IMG/VR virus record: IMGVR_UViG_3300031695_000005 | Location: 1-63,031 of that record | Reading direction: 5' to 3' (one strand) | Source: a virus | Taxonomy: Duplodnaviria > Caudoviricetes | Length of the DNA stretch: 63,031 bases | In this document: positions 26,108 through 36,701 of the stretch, in pieces | Layout of the letters: each line of letters opens with the position of its first letter | Position numbering within the stretch: the first letter of the stretch is position 1 | Translations under genes and position numbers: made by a program | The notes under the pieces: model-generated | Told to the model about the DNA's origin: nothing | What the model saw: the letters and a program-made list of their open reading frames with translations, nothing else | Database searches by the model: none

Positions 26108-26578
26108 TTAATTGTTTTTTATTAATTTTTTCTCTGTGGTTGTTTCTTCAACTATATGCTCTACTATTAACTGTCTAACATATCTTGAAATGGCAACAGG
26201 TTTAATTCTATTTTCCATTGATTTTTGTATAATAATTGCATTAAGACTATCTTCATCACTAGGAGTTAATAATACTTGCAATTTTTTAGTTAATCTTTTT
26301 CTTTGTGGAATAAGCTCCTGTACAGTTTCATTAAAACCATATTTAGGATTATCAGATTTAAATTTATTAATCCAATGCTCTACTCTTTTTAAAACATCAC
26401 TTAACGATTCATCAGCTTTAAAGACTTCCATAACTTCTCGCTTAAATGCTCTAGTTCCAAAATCCTTTACTGCTCGTTTAATGTATTTTCCTGTACCAAA
26501 GTTATTAGGGTTATCATTTACTGAATAACCTATATAAACTTTGTTTGTTTTTTCTTGTTGTAATTTATAGATAATCAT
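26108..26578 (-). CDS. GIY-YIG (Seg-like) domain fused to a ribbon-helix-helix-like C-terminus
   Basis: IIYK...VYIG...GTG...GFN; C-terminal KKLQVLLT-helix-ISRYVRQLI. Confidence 0.7.
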   Translation of the reverse strand: MIIYKLQQEKTNKVYIGYSVNDNPNNFGTGKYIKRAVKDFGTRAFKREVMEVFKADESLSDVLKRVEHWINKFKSDNPKYGFNETVQELIPQRKRLTKKLQVLLTPSDEDSLNAIIIQKSMENRIKPVAISRYVRQLIVEHIVEETTTEKKLIKNN

Positions 26579-26621
26579 GTTTCTATATTATATAATTTAT
26601 ATTATATATTAAGGCGAAGGT

Positions 26622-26658
26622 AAAAAAACTGGGATAGCTATAAAAACAATCCCAGTTT
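26622..26658 (-). terminator. Intrinsic terminator after the tail tube gene
   Basis: AAACTGGGAT...ATCCCAGTTT stem with a T-tract on the minus strand. Confidence 0.75.
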
Positions 26659-26676
26659 ATATTAAATTAATTTATA

Positions 26677-27231
26677 TTACGATCCTACGTTCTCTTCAAC
26701 CCAATGATCACAACGATAAGTCATTGTTAAATCAACTGCGTCTGGAGTAGTATAGTTTAGTTCATCCACAAAATCCATTTGCAAAATTGGGAATACATCT
26801 TTAAATGTAATCTTTCTGAAAATATCTCCTGCTCTATTATATTGAACAATTATCATACTACCTACGTAATCTTTCTTTAATCCCATTTCACCAGTTAATG
26901 GATCATAGATTATATTACTCCAATTACGGAATGTATTATAGATATAGTTTTCATTAGCTTCATTCAAGTTAAGACTGAAGTTAAGAGCTAGATCAACAAA
27001 AGTTTGACCTGGCATACCTGCGTATGACCTATCGGCAAATTTATATTTTTGACCTACTGGATCAATCGATGGGTTTAAGTTATTTAAACCTCCAATTGAG
27101 TTTACTTGCTCTAAGATAAGTCCTGTATCATCCCCTAATGGTGAAAATACAGTTACCTCAAAAAGGTTCGCCTGTATAGGTTCGTACCTTTGGCTACTGG
27201 CCCTTGACTGGGTATAATGTGGTAACGGCAT
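26677..27231 (-). CDS. Tail tube protein (gp19-like)
   Basis: NLFEV, W...YDPLTGEMGLKKDY, FKDVFP and CDHW; follows the sheath gene. Confidence 0.88.
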   Translation of the reverse strand: MPLPHYTQSRASSQRYEPIQANLFEVTVFSPLGDDTGLILEQVNSIGGLNNLNPSIDPVGQKYKFADRSYAGMPGQTFVDLALNFSLNLNEANENYIYNTFRNWSNIIYDPLTGEMGLKKDYVGSMIIVQYNRAGDIFRKITFKDVFPILQMDFVDELNYTTPDAVDLTMTYRCDHWVEENVGS

Positions 27232-27272
27232 AATTTATTTTGTTTTTTTATATATTCGTCTTAACTAACCTC

Positions 27273-30200
27273 TTATTGGAAGTTTCCTGTACTAATTGCA
27301 CCGGTTCTTAGAATAGTTGTTCTTTGTACAAGAATTTCCATTCCTCTTACTGGTTCAATATATGTATCTAGGATACCTACATTCTGATCAATAACTTCTG
27401 GTGTATTATTAGTTTCATCCATTATATTTCTATAATCAAAAACTCCATCATCATTTTGAACAGTTGATAAGAAATTATCAGCTAATGTTTTTATCTCTAA
27501 TCTTGTTTGAGCTGTATTAAATTCAAATAAGTAGTTTTTAAGAATTGCATCTATACCATCTTGGATATAAATTACAACCTCTCTAACGTTAATAGAACTT
27601 AAAGCAGATTTTGGAACCTGTTGAGCAGTTTTATTTGCAAATATAGTTGGTCCTGTTCCACTTTGGAATACAATTGGATTTAATCCGAATGGTTCCAAAA
27701 AGTTACGATCTGTTGTATCAAGATTTATTTCTAAACCTACAACCCCATTTCCACCAATAACTCCACGTCTTACACCAGCCACGATTGACCAAGGTAATGC
27801 GTTTTCATATTTAAGTATAAAATTATTAGATACGTTTGCAGCAGGAGGTACGTTTATATTCTTACCTAAATCTCTAACTGTTACAAATGGATAATAATAT
27901 CCACCATAAGAACCATCGCTTGTTGCTGATGGTAACGAATATCTAATCGTTGGGTTTTTACTAAGATCTCCACCTTCTGCAATAAACTTAGAAGATAGTT
28001 GGCCAGTTATTGTTGTAAACACTGGATTTGTATTAGTTCTAAAATCTTTTGCTGATGGTGCATTAACAATTGCAAATGCATTTTTCCTTGCTCCACATAA
28101 TTTAGTAAATATAGATTTACAATTTGCTTCTATACCATTTCCGAATGTATCTACTAAATAACGGAAGTTAATAGTTTCTCTATCAGTTAAGGCGTTAGCT
28201 AATTGTGTACCTAACAGAATTGGACTTAATATTTCATTTTGTCTTGAATTAGTACCATTTGGTAATTTAGTTAATGGATATGCATATCCAGGTAATTCAA
28301 AGATATTTAAAAAATCTATCCATCTGTCAATTGGTCTATATAGTTCCACGTATAATATAGAGTTTACAGTATTAATATCAATCTCTGATTGAGTTGTTAC
28401 TAATACACCAGATCCAGCTGCAGGAATTGATAATGGAAATTCAGCAGGAGTTGCTGTTCTTACAGAATTAATTCTTGTTAATCTTGATGGCGCCGTTGAA
28501 CTACCTTCAGAATGTACTAAGTAATTTCCTACGATTACTTTTGCAATTTGAGGGTTTGTTGAATCTATTACAACTTGATTAGGTAAGATAGCAGTTTCTT
28601 TATTAGAATCACCTAAAATAGCTATTGTTAAATTATTTGATCCTTTTAATGTTTGTACGTTTAAAGTATTTGCTGCTACTGCAACTGCCTTAGATGTTAG
28701 GAATAATCCTGCACCATCTAAAGTAAAATTAGCATGATCTTGTAAAGTTGTAAAATCAGCATCTTGGTAAGGTATTATTCTTACAGCAGATGGAAAATAA
28801 GCTGAATCAGATATTGCATAAGGCGTTCCTGCAGGAGTTCCTGTTGGAACAGCACTTGGAATAAAACCATATGTTGTAGAAACAAATCTTAAGAATGATG
28901 TTTGTTGAACTCCACCTACATTGTAAACTGCTTCATCTCCATCGGTTAATGTTCCTATAGAAAATGCAGCTAATGGAGCAGAACCGTAACCACCTATAAT
29001 ACCGGCTGTTGCGTTTGCTAATGGAAATTCATCAGCTATAAAGTCAATTGCAGATTCATTTACAAATGTATATGTTGCTTTTAACATTATTGCTGGCGTT
29101 ATACCTCCAACTGCTGAAACTTGTATACTTGTAACAGTACCACCTGCGGCAGCTGCTGTAACTAAAGTAACTGGAACCCAAAATGTTGTAGCCCCTACTG
29201 TTCCTTGTATAAATGATCCTACTGTTGTAGCAGTATTTGCTGTCATAGTTTTCATTGCAGTAAATATTGCATCTTTAGCAGCATTTGAATTTGTTGCTAC
29301 TATTTGTACGTCAGTTCCACCAGATATTATTGATGTTGTCATAGTACTAGTCGTAACAGCCGCTACAGTTCCAGCTTCTACCGTTCTAGCATAAGCTAAA
29401 TCAGAAACGATTGTTCCACTATATGATAACATATTAATATCAGTTTGAGAACTTGCAGTTTGAGTATATTCAAGATTATGTCCTATTAGATCAATTCCAC
29501 CAGCAACACCATCAATAAGTATATCTCCACTAAATAAATCTTCATTTACAGTACAGAATAAACCAGTCGATGCAGTATCAGCATTAATAACTTTTTCAAC
29601 GAAAAGGTTATTACCTAATAGATCTACAAAATCAGGAATTAAACATGCAGTATAAGTTGCAACTAAGTTTACTTCCGGTTCATTAAAAAATTGTGCAATT
29701 TTTGTATCAGTAGCATCGTTATCTAATACTCTTCTTTTTAATCCTTCTGTTGCACTAAAATATTGTTGGAATGTTGGATCTGATTCAAATCTTTTATAAG
29801 GTTCAACATCTGCAAATTTACCACCAAAGTTACCGTCTATCACAAAGACGTCAACAAAGAAGTCAGATATTAAACTATCTTTATCCAAAAAGCCTGGTAC
29901 ATTAGCAGAACCATACCATTCTTCAACTGTTACTTGGTAAGGTAAAACATTTCCAGGTGCAGATTTTTTTGCAATTACAGATATAGGATTTTGTCCTAAA
30001 TTAACAATATCAAAGAAATCATTTACTTTATCTGAACCTAATACGCTAGTGTTAGCGTTCATGTTAGTTAAGAATGAATCAGTATCTGGATACCAGAATT
30101 TGTCTGTATTATAAAACTTACTGAATTCATAACCGTCTGTTCCAGAAGGATATCCTAAGTTACGTTGAACATCTGGCGTAGCCGATGTTGCAAACCTATT

Positions 30201-30512
30201 AGCATATACTAAATCAGTTGAAGTTAATGTAAGTAAATTTAGTGCAAGAATTGGTCCTCTTTCCAATGCTGTCAAGCAGCTTCTGTGGAAAAAAGAATCT
30301 TTTCTTTCTAAGGTTCTATCAATATCACCATATACTTGCTTAAAGAAAGCTGTATCTGGAATAAAGACAGGAGTATTAAACGGGCCTGTCCTAGAGAAAC
30401 CGACTATAAGTCGTGTTTGATTTGCAGGAATACTTACTACTTGACTTTTGTCAAATTCGAAACGATATGTACCTGCAGCTTTAAGAGAAGCGATTTTTGG
30501 ATCTAGTGCCAT
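27273..30512 (-). CDS. Tail sheath protein (gp18-like) with large insertions
   Basis: AGTYRFEFDKS, GFSRTGPFNTP, AGVRRG, LSSINVR, FEFN and NNTPEVID. Confidence 0.93.
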   Translation of the reverse strand: MALDPKIASLKAAGTYRFEFDKSQVVSIPANQTRLIVGFSRTGPFNTPVFIPDTAFFKQVYGDIDRTLERKDSFFHRSCLTALERGPILALNLLTLTSTDLVYANRFATSATPDVQRNLGYPSGTDGYEFSKFYNTDKFWYPDTDSFLTNMNANTSVLGSDKVNDFFDIVNLGQNPISVIAKKSAPGNVLPYQVTVEEWYGSANVPGFLDKDSLISDFFVDVFVIDGNFGGKFADVEPYKRFESDPTFQQYFSATEGLKRRVLDNDATDTKIAQFFNEPEVNLVATYTACLIPDFVDLLGNNLFVEKVINADTASTGLFCTVNEDLFSGDILIDGVAGGIDLIGHNLEYTQTASSQTDINMLSYSGTIVSDLAYARTVEAGTVAAVTTSTMTTSIISGGTDVQIVATNSNAAKDAIFTAMKTMTANTATTVGSFIQGTVGATTFWVPVTLVTAAAAGGTVTSIQVSAVGGITPAIMLKATYTFVNESAIDFIADEFPLANATAGIIGGYGSAPLAAFSIGTLTDGDEAVYNVGGVQQTSFLRFVSTTYGFIPSAVPTGTPAGTPYAISDSAYFPSAVRIIPYQDADFTTLQDHANFTLDGAGLFLTSKAVAVAANTLNVQTLKGSNNLTIAILGDSNKETAILPNQVVIDSTNPQIAKVIVGNYLVHSEGSSTAPSRLTRINSVRTATPAEFPLSIPAAGSGVLVTTQSEIDINTVNSILYVELYRPIDRWIDFLNIFELPGYAYPLTKLPNGTNSRQNEILSPILLGTQLANALTDRETINFRYLVDTFGNGIEANCKSIFTKLCGARKNAFAIVNAPSAKDFRTNTNPVFTTITGQLSSKFIAEGGDLSKNPTIRYSLPSATSDGSYGGYYYPFVTVRDLGKNINVPPAANVSNNFILKYENALPWSIVAGVRRGVIGGNGVVGLEINLDTTDRNFLEPFGLNPIVFQSGTGPTIFANKTAQQVPKSALSSINVREVVIYIQDGIDAILKNYLFEFNTAQTRLEIKTLADNFLSTVQNDDGVFDYRNIMDETNNTPEVIDQNVGILDTYIEPVRGMEILVQRTTILRTGAISTGNFQ

Positions 30513-30571
30513 CTTGTATTATATTTTTTTTGTTTATTAGTTTTTTTATATATCTACCAAGTATCTACTTT

Positions 30572-32386
30572 TTATACTAAGTCATAGATATCAAAATTCA
30601 GATTCCCACCCTTTGAATCTTTTTCTAAAATTTCTTCAATTTTAATTTGTATGCTTGGATCTATTACATCATAAATCTCCTCAACAAAATCAGAGAAATC
30701 TAAGGTAGTGAAGAACTCTGAACTGTTTATACAAGTCATAATTAAATCATCATTACCTAATTGCCCTGCATATGAACCGTTAGGTAGCTTTCCAAATGTA
30801 GAAGATTCTTTTACAGTTTCTTTATCAAATATTTGAATTTTATTTTGCGAAATGTATTTTTTAAAATTTTGACAAAAAATTGGTTTATTGTCTTTCTTTA
30901 CCTTAAGGCCAAATTGTTTTATCTTAGCATCTACTCTGTGTTTAAATTTAACGATTGATTCTTCATCAAATTCATTTCTTTGAGGAAATACTGTTTCCAT
31001 CCTTTTTATTAATTCACCACCAAACATATTCCATTCTATAATTAGTTTTACATTTTCTGAGAAAAATAAATCAAATGATAAAATATACAATGATTTTGCA
31101 AATTCTTCAATAGTATGAGAATTACTTCTAAATCTACCTACTTGGCTTATTCCAAAAAAGTCAACAAAACTTCCTGGTGTTGTTACACCATTCCAATCTT
31201 TAAAATCTAGCATTTTTACTTGAAAGATATTAATAACAGAATAATCACCACCTACACCTTCTGCAATATCTACAGAGAATACCCAATAATTATAATCTTC
31301 TTCAATTTCATCTAAATTAAAACCTGGCTTCCATAATAAACCAGAGTAATCAATTTCAGCATCATCAAATTCTGGTATTTCTTTATGTTCAAATTCTATT
31401 TGATTTTCAGTAAGCTTTTTTAAACTAGCGGCCCCTAATAATAAAGAAGAGCCTGCTATAAATTGATTTCCGTATTGTCTGTTAAAAGCTTCATCACTAC
31501 CTAAATTAGCAATTTCTTGTTGTGCCCATTTATCATCCCTACCTGGAACATCCCACCAATCAACTCGGAATGGTGTATACTCACTTAACCCTTTATCAGC
31601 GGCAGTATAAATATCATAAAATTTATTAAAGCCATTAGGTGTACTGGTAATTATTACTTTAGAATTAGTTGATGCTGAAACTGTAGGATATACATTTTCA
31701 TAAAAAGTATCTACAAAATTTGCAGGTATATGGGCAAACTCATCCATAAATAATAAATGAATAGTAAAACCAATTGCTGCTTTCTTAGTTGTAGTTTGAC
31801 CTATGATCCTACAACCATTATCAAACTTGGAGTTAAACACATCCCATTTAAGAGTACCGGGCTTTATAAAGAAGGGTAAATGTTCTAATATAGTTTTACC
31901 TTTATCAATAATTTCTCTTGTTGTAGCACCCTTATTTGAAAGTATTAGCGAATTTTTATCAAAGTTAAATACTGAATACCATGCAATAAAAATAGATGAA
32001 CATATAGTTTTACCAACTTGCCTACTTGCAAGACAAACATTAAATCGCTCTGCTTGAAATTGCCTTAGCATTTCTTCTTGGTAAGGTCTTAGATTAATTG
32101 TCTGTAAACCATGATCTGTCATTACAGTACAATAGGTATTAGCAAAGTATACAATATCTTTTGCGCACCTTTTGATTTCTCTTAATTCATCTGGTGTATA
32201 ATTAAATACAATGTTTCCTTTTCTTAGATTAGGATTACCTTCATAGAATGGCGTGGACTTAGGCTTATAACCTTCATCAATAGCTAGCATTAATTGTTCC
32301 ACTTTCTTTGAAGTCCATGAAAATTGTTCTTGGCCTTTAGATATCTTTAGTTCAAATCCTGCTGATTCTGCTTGTGGTTTAGCCAT
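30572..32386 (-). CDS. Terminase large subunit (gp17-like)
   Basis: LRPYQ, SRQVGKT, DEFAH, ITSTPNG, VDIAEGVGGDYS and DDLIM. Confidence 0.96.
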   Translation of the reverse strand: MAKPQAESAGFELKISKGQEQFSWTSKKVEQLMLAIDEGYKPKSTPFYEGNPNLRKGNIVFNYTPDELREIKRCAKDIVYFANTYCTVMTDHGLQTINLRPYQEEMLRQFQAERFNVCLASRQVGKTICSSIFIAWYSVFNFDKNSLILSNKGATTREIIDKGKTILEHLPFFIKPGTLKWDVFNSKFDNGCRIIGQTTTKKAAIGFTIHLLFMDEFAHIPANFVDTFYENVYPTVSASTNSKVIITSTPNGFNKFYDIYTAADKGLSEYTPFRVDWWDVPGRDDKWAQQEIANLGSDEAFNRQYGNQFIAGSSLLLGAASLKKLTENQIEFEHKEIPEFDDAEIDYSGLLWKPGFNLDEIEEDYNYWVFSVDIAEGVGGDYSVINIFQVKMLDFKDWNGVTTPGSFVDFFGISQVGRFRSNSHTIEEFAKSLYILSFDLFFSENVKLIIEWNMFGGELIKRMETVFPQRNEFDEESIVKFKHRVDAKIKQFGLKVKKDNKPIFCQNFKKYISQNKIQIFDKETVKESSTFGKLPNGSYAGQLGNDDLIMTCINSSEFFTTLDFSDFVEEIYDVIDPSIQIKIEEILEKDSKGGNLNFDIYDLV

Positions 32387-32645
32387 CGTTTTCCTCTAGT
32401 ATAGCAATAATTTCATTAATGTGGATTATCTCGTACTCAATATCATCCAATGTTGTTATTGTACCATTGCCTATATTTTTTAAAATAACATCGCCTTCTT
32501 TTAAATGCTCAGCTTCACCGGCATTAATAACCCTAGCCTTTCGGTTATGTTTTTCCTTAGGTATAATAATACCTGATGATGTTTTTTGTTCTTGCTGCTC
32601 AATTTCTTGAATTAGCAAATAATTATTCTTCATTTTCATTTCCAT
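32379..32645 (-). CDS. groES: GroES-like co-chaperonin
   Basis: Mobile loop EQKTSSGIIIP, LKEGDVIL and EIIAIL. Confidence 0.85.
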   Translation of the reverse strand: MEMKMKNNYLLIQEIEQQEQKTSSGIIIPKEKHNRKARVINAGEAEHLKEGDVILKNIGNGTITTLDDIEYEIIHINEIIAILEENDG

Positions 32646-33234
32646 CGACGTCTTGTATATCTTCTTCGTTAATTGTATCTTGTAAAGCTCTCATTAAATC
32701 CTTTGTCCCTCGAGATTTAATACCACTTTGTTTATTGGATGATGAGGAGCTTTCAGTATTATGGTAAATATCAACATCACGTGATATCTTTTTAGCATTT
32801 TCTTCAATTGCCACCATATACATTGTTTGACTTTTAATAATATCCAAAAGAGTTCTTTGTAAATCACTAAGTACTTCAAACATCCTCGGTGAAACATCAC
32901 CTTCATGTATAGTTTCCATTAATAAGGTAATTGCTATTTCACTATTTTGCATCTGTCTTATTAACATAGATAATGCAGATTCATCTAATTGAGCCTTAGC
33001 TCTAATATATTCATGCTCTGCAATAATCTCTTCACTTAAATAAAAAGTTAATAGACTATTCATTACCTTTTCAGCCTTATTCTTAGCCCTAACTAATTGA
33101 GCACCTTGTCCACTATCACTACTGACAGGTTTAAGGTCTAATTGGTTTTCTCCTAATCCTTCTACCTCATCAGGTAAATCATTTAAGAGATCTCCTAAAC
33201 TATCACGAAACTTGTCTTTCGATGTTTCTTTCAT
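32623..33234 (-). CDS. Putative terminase small subunit
   Basis: Helical protein with PRMFEVL motif, upstream of the large terminase, with a late promoter. Confidence 0.6.
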   Translation of the reverse strand: MKETSKDKFRDSLGDLLNDLPDEVEGLGENQLDLKPVSSDSGQGAQLVRAKNKAEKVMNSLLTFYLSEEIIAEHEYIRAKAQLDESALSMLIRQMQNSEIAITLLMETIHEGDVSPRMFEVLSDLQRTLLDIIKSQTMYMVAIEENAKKISRDVDIYHNTESSSSSNKQSGIKSRGTKDLMRALQDTINEEDIQDVDGNENEE

Positions 33235-33263
33235 ATAACTAAATTTATAATATATATTCCAAG

Positions 33264-35294
33264 TTACCTTGGGTTAGTAACGGTTGGTAGTAATAATTCT
33301 GGTGAAGCATTATCTAATAATAAAGCTAAATGAGAATCTTTTACTACATATTGACTTAAAATTAATTCTTGTAATCCTTCTTCTATCGGTTGGCTCCATA
33401 TTCTAATGTTAGTTAAATCAGTTTGGCAACCTAATAATTTCCATGCATAACCATCAATCATTCCTGTTTCTGGTATTGTTTTAGTCTCAGTAAAAATCCT
33501 TGTAAGATCAGAGGACTTTTCTGGATTAATTGATCCTGCTACATCTTTAGCATTATATAAGAATAATGATAATTGTTTAGCTAAATTATTTAAATTAATA
33601 GTAGCAGCATACCATTTACCTTTATTTAATGCTACTGGAGCTAAGGTTGCTTTTGATAAATCATACTTATAATAATTGTTAACTCCTGAATCCTTTAAAC
33701 TAATTATAAACCAGTTTAAAGTAAATGTAAAGCTTGCTAGTACTGTTGTAGGATTTTGGTCTGTATCATATTGTAAAAAGGTATTGCTTATTTCTTTAGC
33801 AAATTTTGCTGTTGGTGTAATTGTACTATCTATATAAGGAGTATCTAAAGTTAAAGTGTTAGTAGCTGTATCAACTGATTTAACTCTTTGTATACCATTA
33901 TACGAAGTAGTACCACTTACATTAATCCAATCACCTACTTTTATTACATCGGATGCTGGTGCAGTAGGGAAAACGTTTACATTTGTATTTAAACGAAGCA
34001 TAGGATAGGTTGCACTATTAGATATTGCATCGAACATTAGATTCTTTTGTACTGCTGTAACATATTGAGGCCTAAACCAGAATGTAAAAGCTCTATTTTC
34101 AGTATTCGTCCATCCACCTTTATAACGATATTTAACAGCAATTGATGGATCTGCATTATATGCATTAGTTAATGTTCCTAGTGAATAATGATATTTAGAA
34201 ATGATTGTCCACTGATTGTAAACATTCTCTTCTTTAATAGTCATCTTTTTATTTAAAGCTCTTCTTACATAATCATTTGCTTGGCTACCTATAGTATTAT
34301 ACTCATTAGGTTTTCTAACATCTTTAAATTCATTTTCTCTTTCAACTCTAAACTTTTCTTCAACATTTGAAACTAAGGCTTCAGTAGAAGCTTCAGCTGC
34401 ATCTCCTAATACAGTATCTTCATAACCAACATTCGTTCTTTGTTGGTACGTAACTAAACTTACTCTCCAATAAGATCCAGTATACATAAAATCATCAGCT
34501 TCTGCTATTGCATCAACTTCATACATCCTATTCATAAATTGTTTAAAATATAAATAGTCTCTCATTTGCGGTTTAGAACCTATTCCAAAGATTGCTTCGA
34601 ATGCAGACTTAACAATATGAATTTCAAATTGAACAGGAAAATCCATCATTAATGGATTAAAGGCAATATCCCTAGTAGGTAATTCATTATCAGGAATTAA
34701 TATCTTAACTTCACCTTCTTTTATAACATCAAATAATGAATACTCTTTTAAGATAACATCTCTACTTCTTTGATCTGCTTTAGTTTTGTAATAGTCAACA
34801 CAAAAACCGAATAGATTAGATGCCATTGCAGACAACTGAGTATACATTTGACCAGCTCTAGATATGTCATATGGATTCCAACCACCATCACAGCAATCAA
34901 ATGCTAAGTTTAATGCGCCTGAACAACCGTCAACTCCACCACAATCAATTTGTGGTATTTTACATATTACTCCACCATCAGTAACAATCTCTAAAGCAAT
35001 TGAAACAAAAGTTAATGTACAATCACCAACTTGTGTATATCTATATTCAATCCAAAATTTATTTGCTGGGTTTAATACTAAAGATTTCAGGTTAGCATCT
35101 GTTAATGTAACCCAATCAGAATAAGTTACACCATCAATACCCCATCTATAATCCTTGTTATAAAAACAAGAAGTATCCTCACCTGTAATAACATCAGTAA
35201 ATCCTAATACTTCGGTTACATTTTCATAAGGTGTCTTAAGACTAACTAATAGTTGATCTCCGCTAGCATCTGTTGATGATCCTGTTACTGCCAT
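33264..35294 (-). CDS. Neck or head-closure protein (gp14-like) with extra beta domains
   Basis: FGFCVDYYKT...DVILKEYSL...FEIHI...PQMRDYLYF...MYEV core; LamG-like C-terminus. Confidence 0.6.
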   Translation of the reverse strand: MAVTGSSTDASGDQLLVSLKTPYENVTEVLGFTDVITGEDTSCFYNKDYRWGIDGVTYSDWVTLTDANLKSLVLNPANKFWIEYRYTQVGDCTLTFVSIALEIVTDGGVICKIPQIDCGGVDGCSGALNLAFDCCDGGWNPYDISRAGQMYTQLSAMASNLFGFCVDYYKTKADQRSRDVILKEYSLFDVIKEGEVKILIPDNELPTRDIAFNPLMMDFPVQFEIHIVKSAFEAIFGIGSKPQMRDYLYFKQFMNRMYEVDAIAEADDFMYTGSYWRVSLVTYQQRTNVGYEDTVLGDAAEASTEALVSNVEEKFRVERENEFKDVRKPNEYNTIGSQANDYVRRALNKKMTIKEENVYNQWTIISKYHYSLGTLTNAYNADPSIAVKYRYKGGWTNTENRAFTFWFRPQYVTAVQKNLMFDAISNSATYPMLRLNTNVNVFPTAPASDVIKVGDWINVSGTTSYNGIQRVKSVDTATNTLTLDTPYIDSTITPTAKFAKEISNTFLQYDTDQNPTTVLASFTFTLNWFIISLKDSGVNNYYKYDLSKATLAPVALNKGKWYAATINLNNLAKQLSLFLYNAKDVAGSINPEKSSDLTRIFTETKTIPETGMIDGYAWKLLGCQTDLTNIRIWSQPIEEGLQELILSQYVVKDSHLALLLDNASPELLLPTVTNPR

Positions 35295-35295
35295 G

Positions 35296-35562
35296 TTATG
35301 AGTTTATTTGTTGATCTTCTGATTTATCAATTTTCTTAGCCCATATTTTATCAGCAGAAGCTAATCCTAAACCACCAATGCATATTGCAGCTACAGCATT
35401 TATTAAAGCTGGCTCTACTGGTTGTTCAGTATAAAGGTTAATGAAAAGTGCTGCGCATAAGGATAAGCCTGCAGTTATTCCTATAAATCTTTTTGAAGAA
35501 GGTGTACCTTTTTCATCTCTTAAAAGGCCACTAATCCAACTTATTATCTTTTTCATATACAA
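35296..35562 (-). CDS. Two-TM membrane protein, holin-like
   Basis: PSSKRF followed by two hydrophobic helices; late promoter at 35575..35582. Confidence 0.55.
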   Translation of the reverse strand: MYMKKIISWISGLLRDEKGTPSSKRFIGITAGLSLCAALFINLYTEQPVEPALINAVAAICIGGLGLASADKIWAKKIDKSEDQQINS

Positions 35563-35588
35563 ACATTATTTGTTTATATATTCATGTT

Positions 35589-36260
35589 CTAATACGGTGT
35601 ATAATCAGTCTTAACTAATAAAATTGGATTGTCTTCTTCTATTTTAGGATCTACTGAAGTAATAATTTCAAATGTATCTACTTTATGAGATTCATCCATT
35701 TCAGCAAGAATGTCAAACAAGGTAACTGCGTGAATATAAAAATAAGGATTTCTTTCTAAATATTTATTGTTTATTATACCAACATCTATAAACCCTTTAT
35801 TAAAAATATCTAATTGCTCTCTATCTAATATTTTAGTTAAATCAAAAAGACCTTCTATAATATTAAAATGAAAACTTACAATTTCATGACCGCTTTCAAT
35901 TTTTATTAATCTAGAAAAATCTTTTTCATCTGATATTTTAAATGTAATCTTTTCAAGGTTTGATAACCTTTTTATAATAGATTGTAAAAAGAAAATGGAA
36001 TTAGGCTTAAAGTTAGGATTAGGCAATAAGTCTTGTTCTACTGTTTTTTGTAGCTGTGCACGTAAAAATGCAGAGGTTTGTATTGCCCTTTCAAATTGAT
36101 CTAATGAAACAATAAACTCTTCTAATTTATTAGATTCATTTTTACACTCCTTTTTTACTCTAGATATAATCAGATTATCAATATAATCATTCTTATATAA
36201 AGTAAATGCAATATGGGTTGGTATTTCTAATTCAAATTTATTATCAATTAACATCATCAC
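35589..36260 (-). CDS. Hypothetical protein
   Basis: 223-aa ORF in the replication operon. Confidence 0.6.
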   Translation of the reverse strand: MMMLIDNKFELEIPTHIAFTLYKNDYIDNLIISRVKKECKNESNKLEEFIVSLDQFERAIQTSAFLRAQLQKTVEQDLLPNPNFKPNSIFFLQSIIKRLSNLEKITFKISDEKDFSRLIKIESGHEIVSFHFNIIEGLFDLTKILDREQLDIFNKGFIDVGIINNKYLERNPYFYIHAVTLFDILAEMDESHKVDTFEIITSVDPKIEEDNPILLVKTDYTPY

Positions 36261-36654
36261 TCATCTGTTTTTCTAATACATTTATTGCATTCTTAATTTC
36301 AGATGGGTGGTGCTTCATTGCTTCTTTAAAATCGCGTTCACCTATTTCATTAATCTTTAAATATAGATCTAATGCTTTAGGATTAGGGTCCCACGCTTTT
36401 ACTTTTTTAGGTGCCTTAGTTTTAGTATAAATAAATCCAGGTACTCTATTAAATTTTGATGCAACCATTCTCCACGCTTCTGCTTGACCTACTGGATCAA
36501 TCTTCAGTGCATTAAACATATTTGCTTGAATAGGAAATTTAATACTCATAAATCTATTTGTCATAAATGAATTTTTAGATTTATCATATCCTTTTAATTT
36601 TTCCCATTGCGGATCTCGACCAAACAAGACCTTTATGTAATCAAATAACTTCAT
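36244..36654 (-). CDS. Putative clamp loader small subunit (gp62-like)
   Basis: LFDYIK...FMTNRFMS...N pattern; near the gp44-like gene. Confidence 0.55.
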   Translation of the reverse strand: MKLFDYIKVLFGRDPQWEKLKGYDKSKNSFMTNRFMSIKFPIQANMFNALKIDPVGQAEAWRMVASKFNRVPGFIYTKTKAPKKVKAWDPNPKALDLYLKINEIGERDFKEAMKHHPSEIKNAINVLEKQMSDDVN

Positions 36655-36701
36655 TACTTTTATTATTTATACGACTGATTGATACAATTGTTTTCTAGTT
36701 T

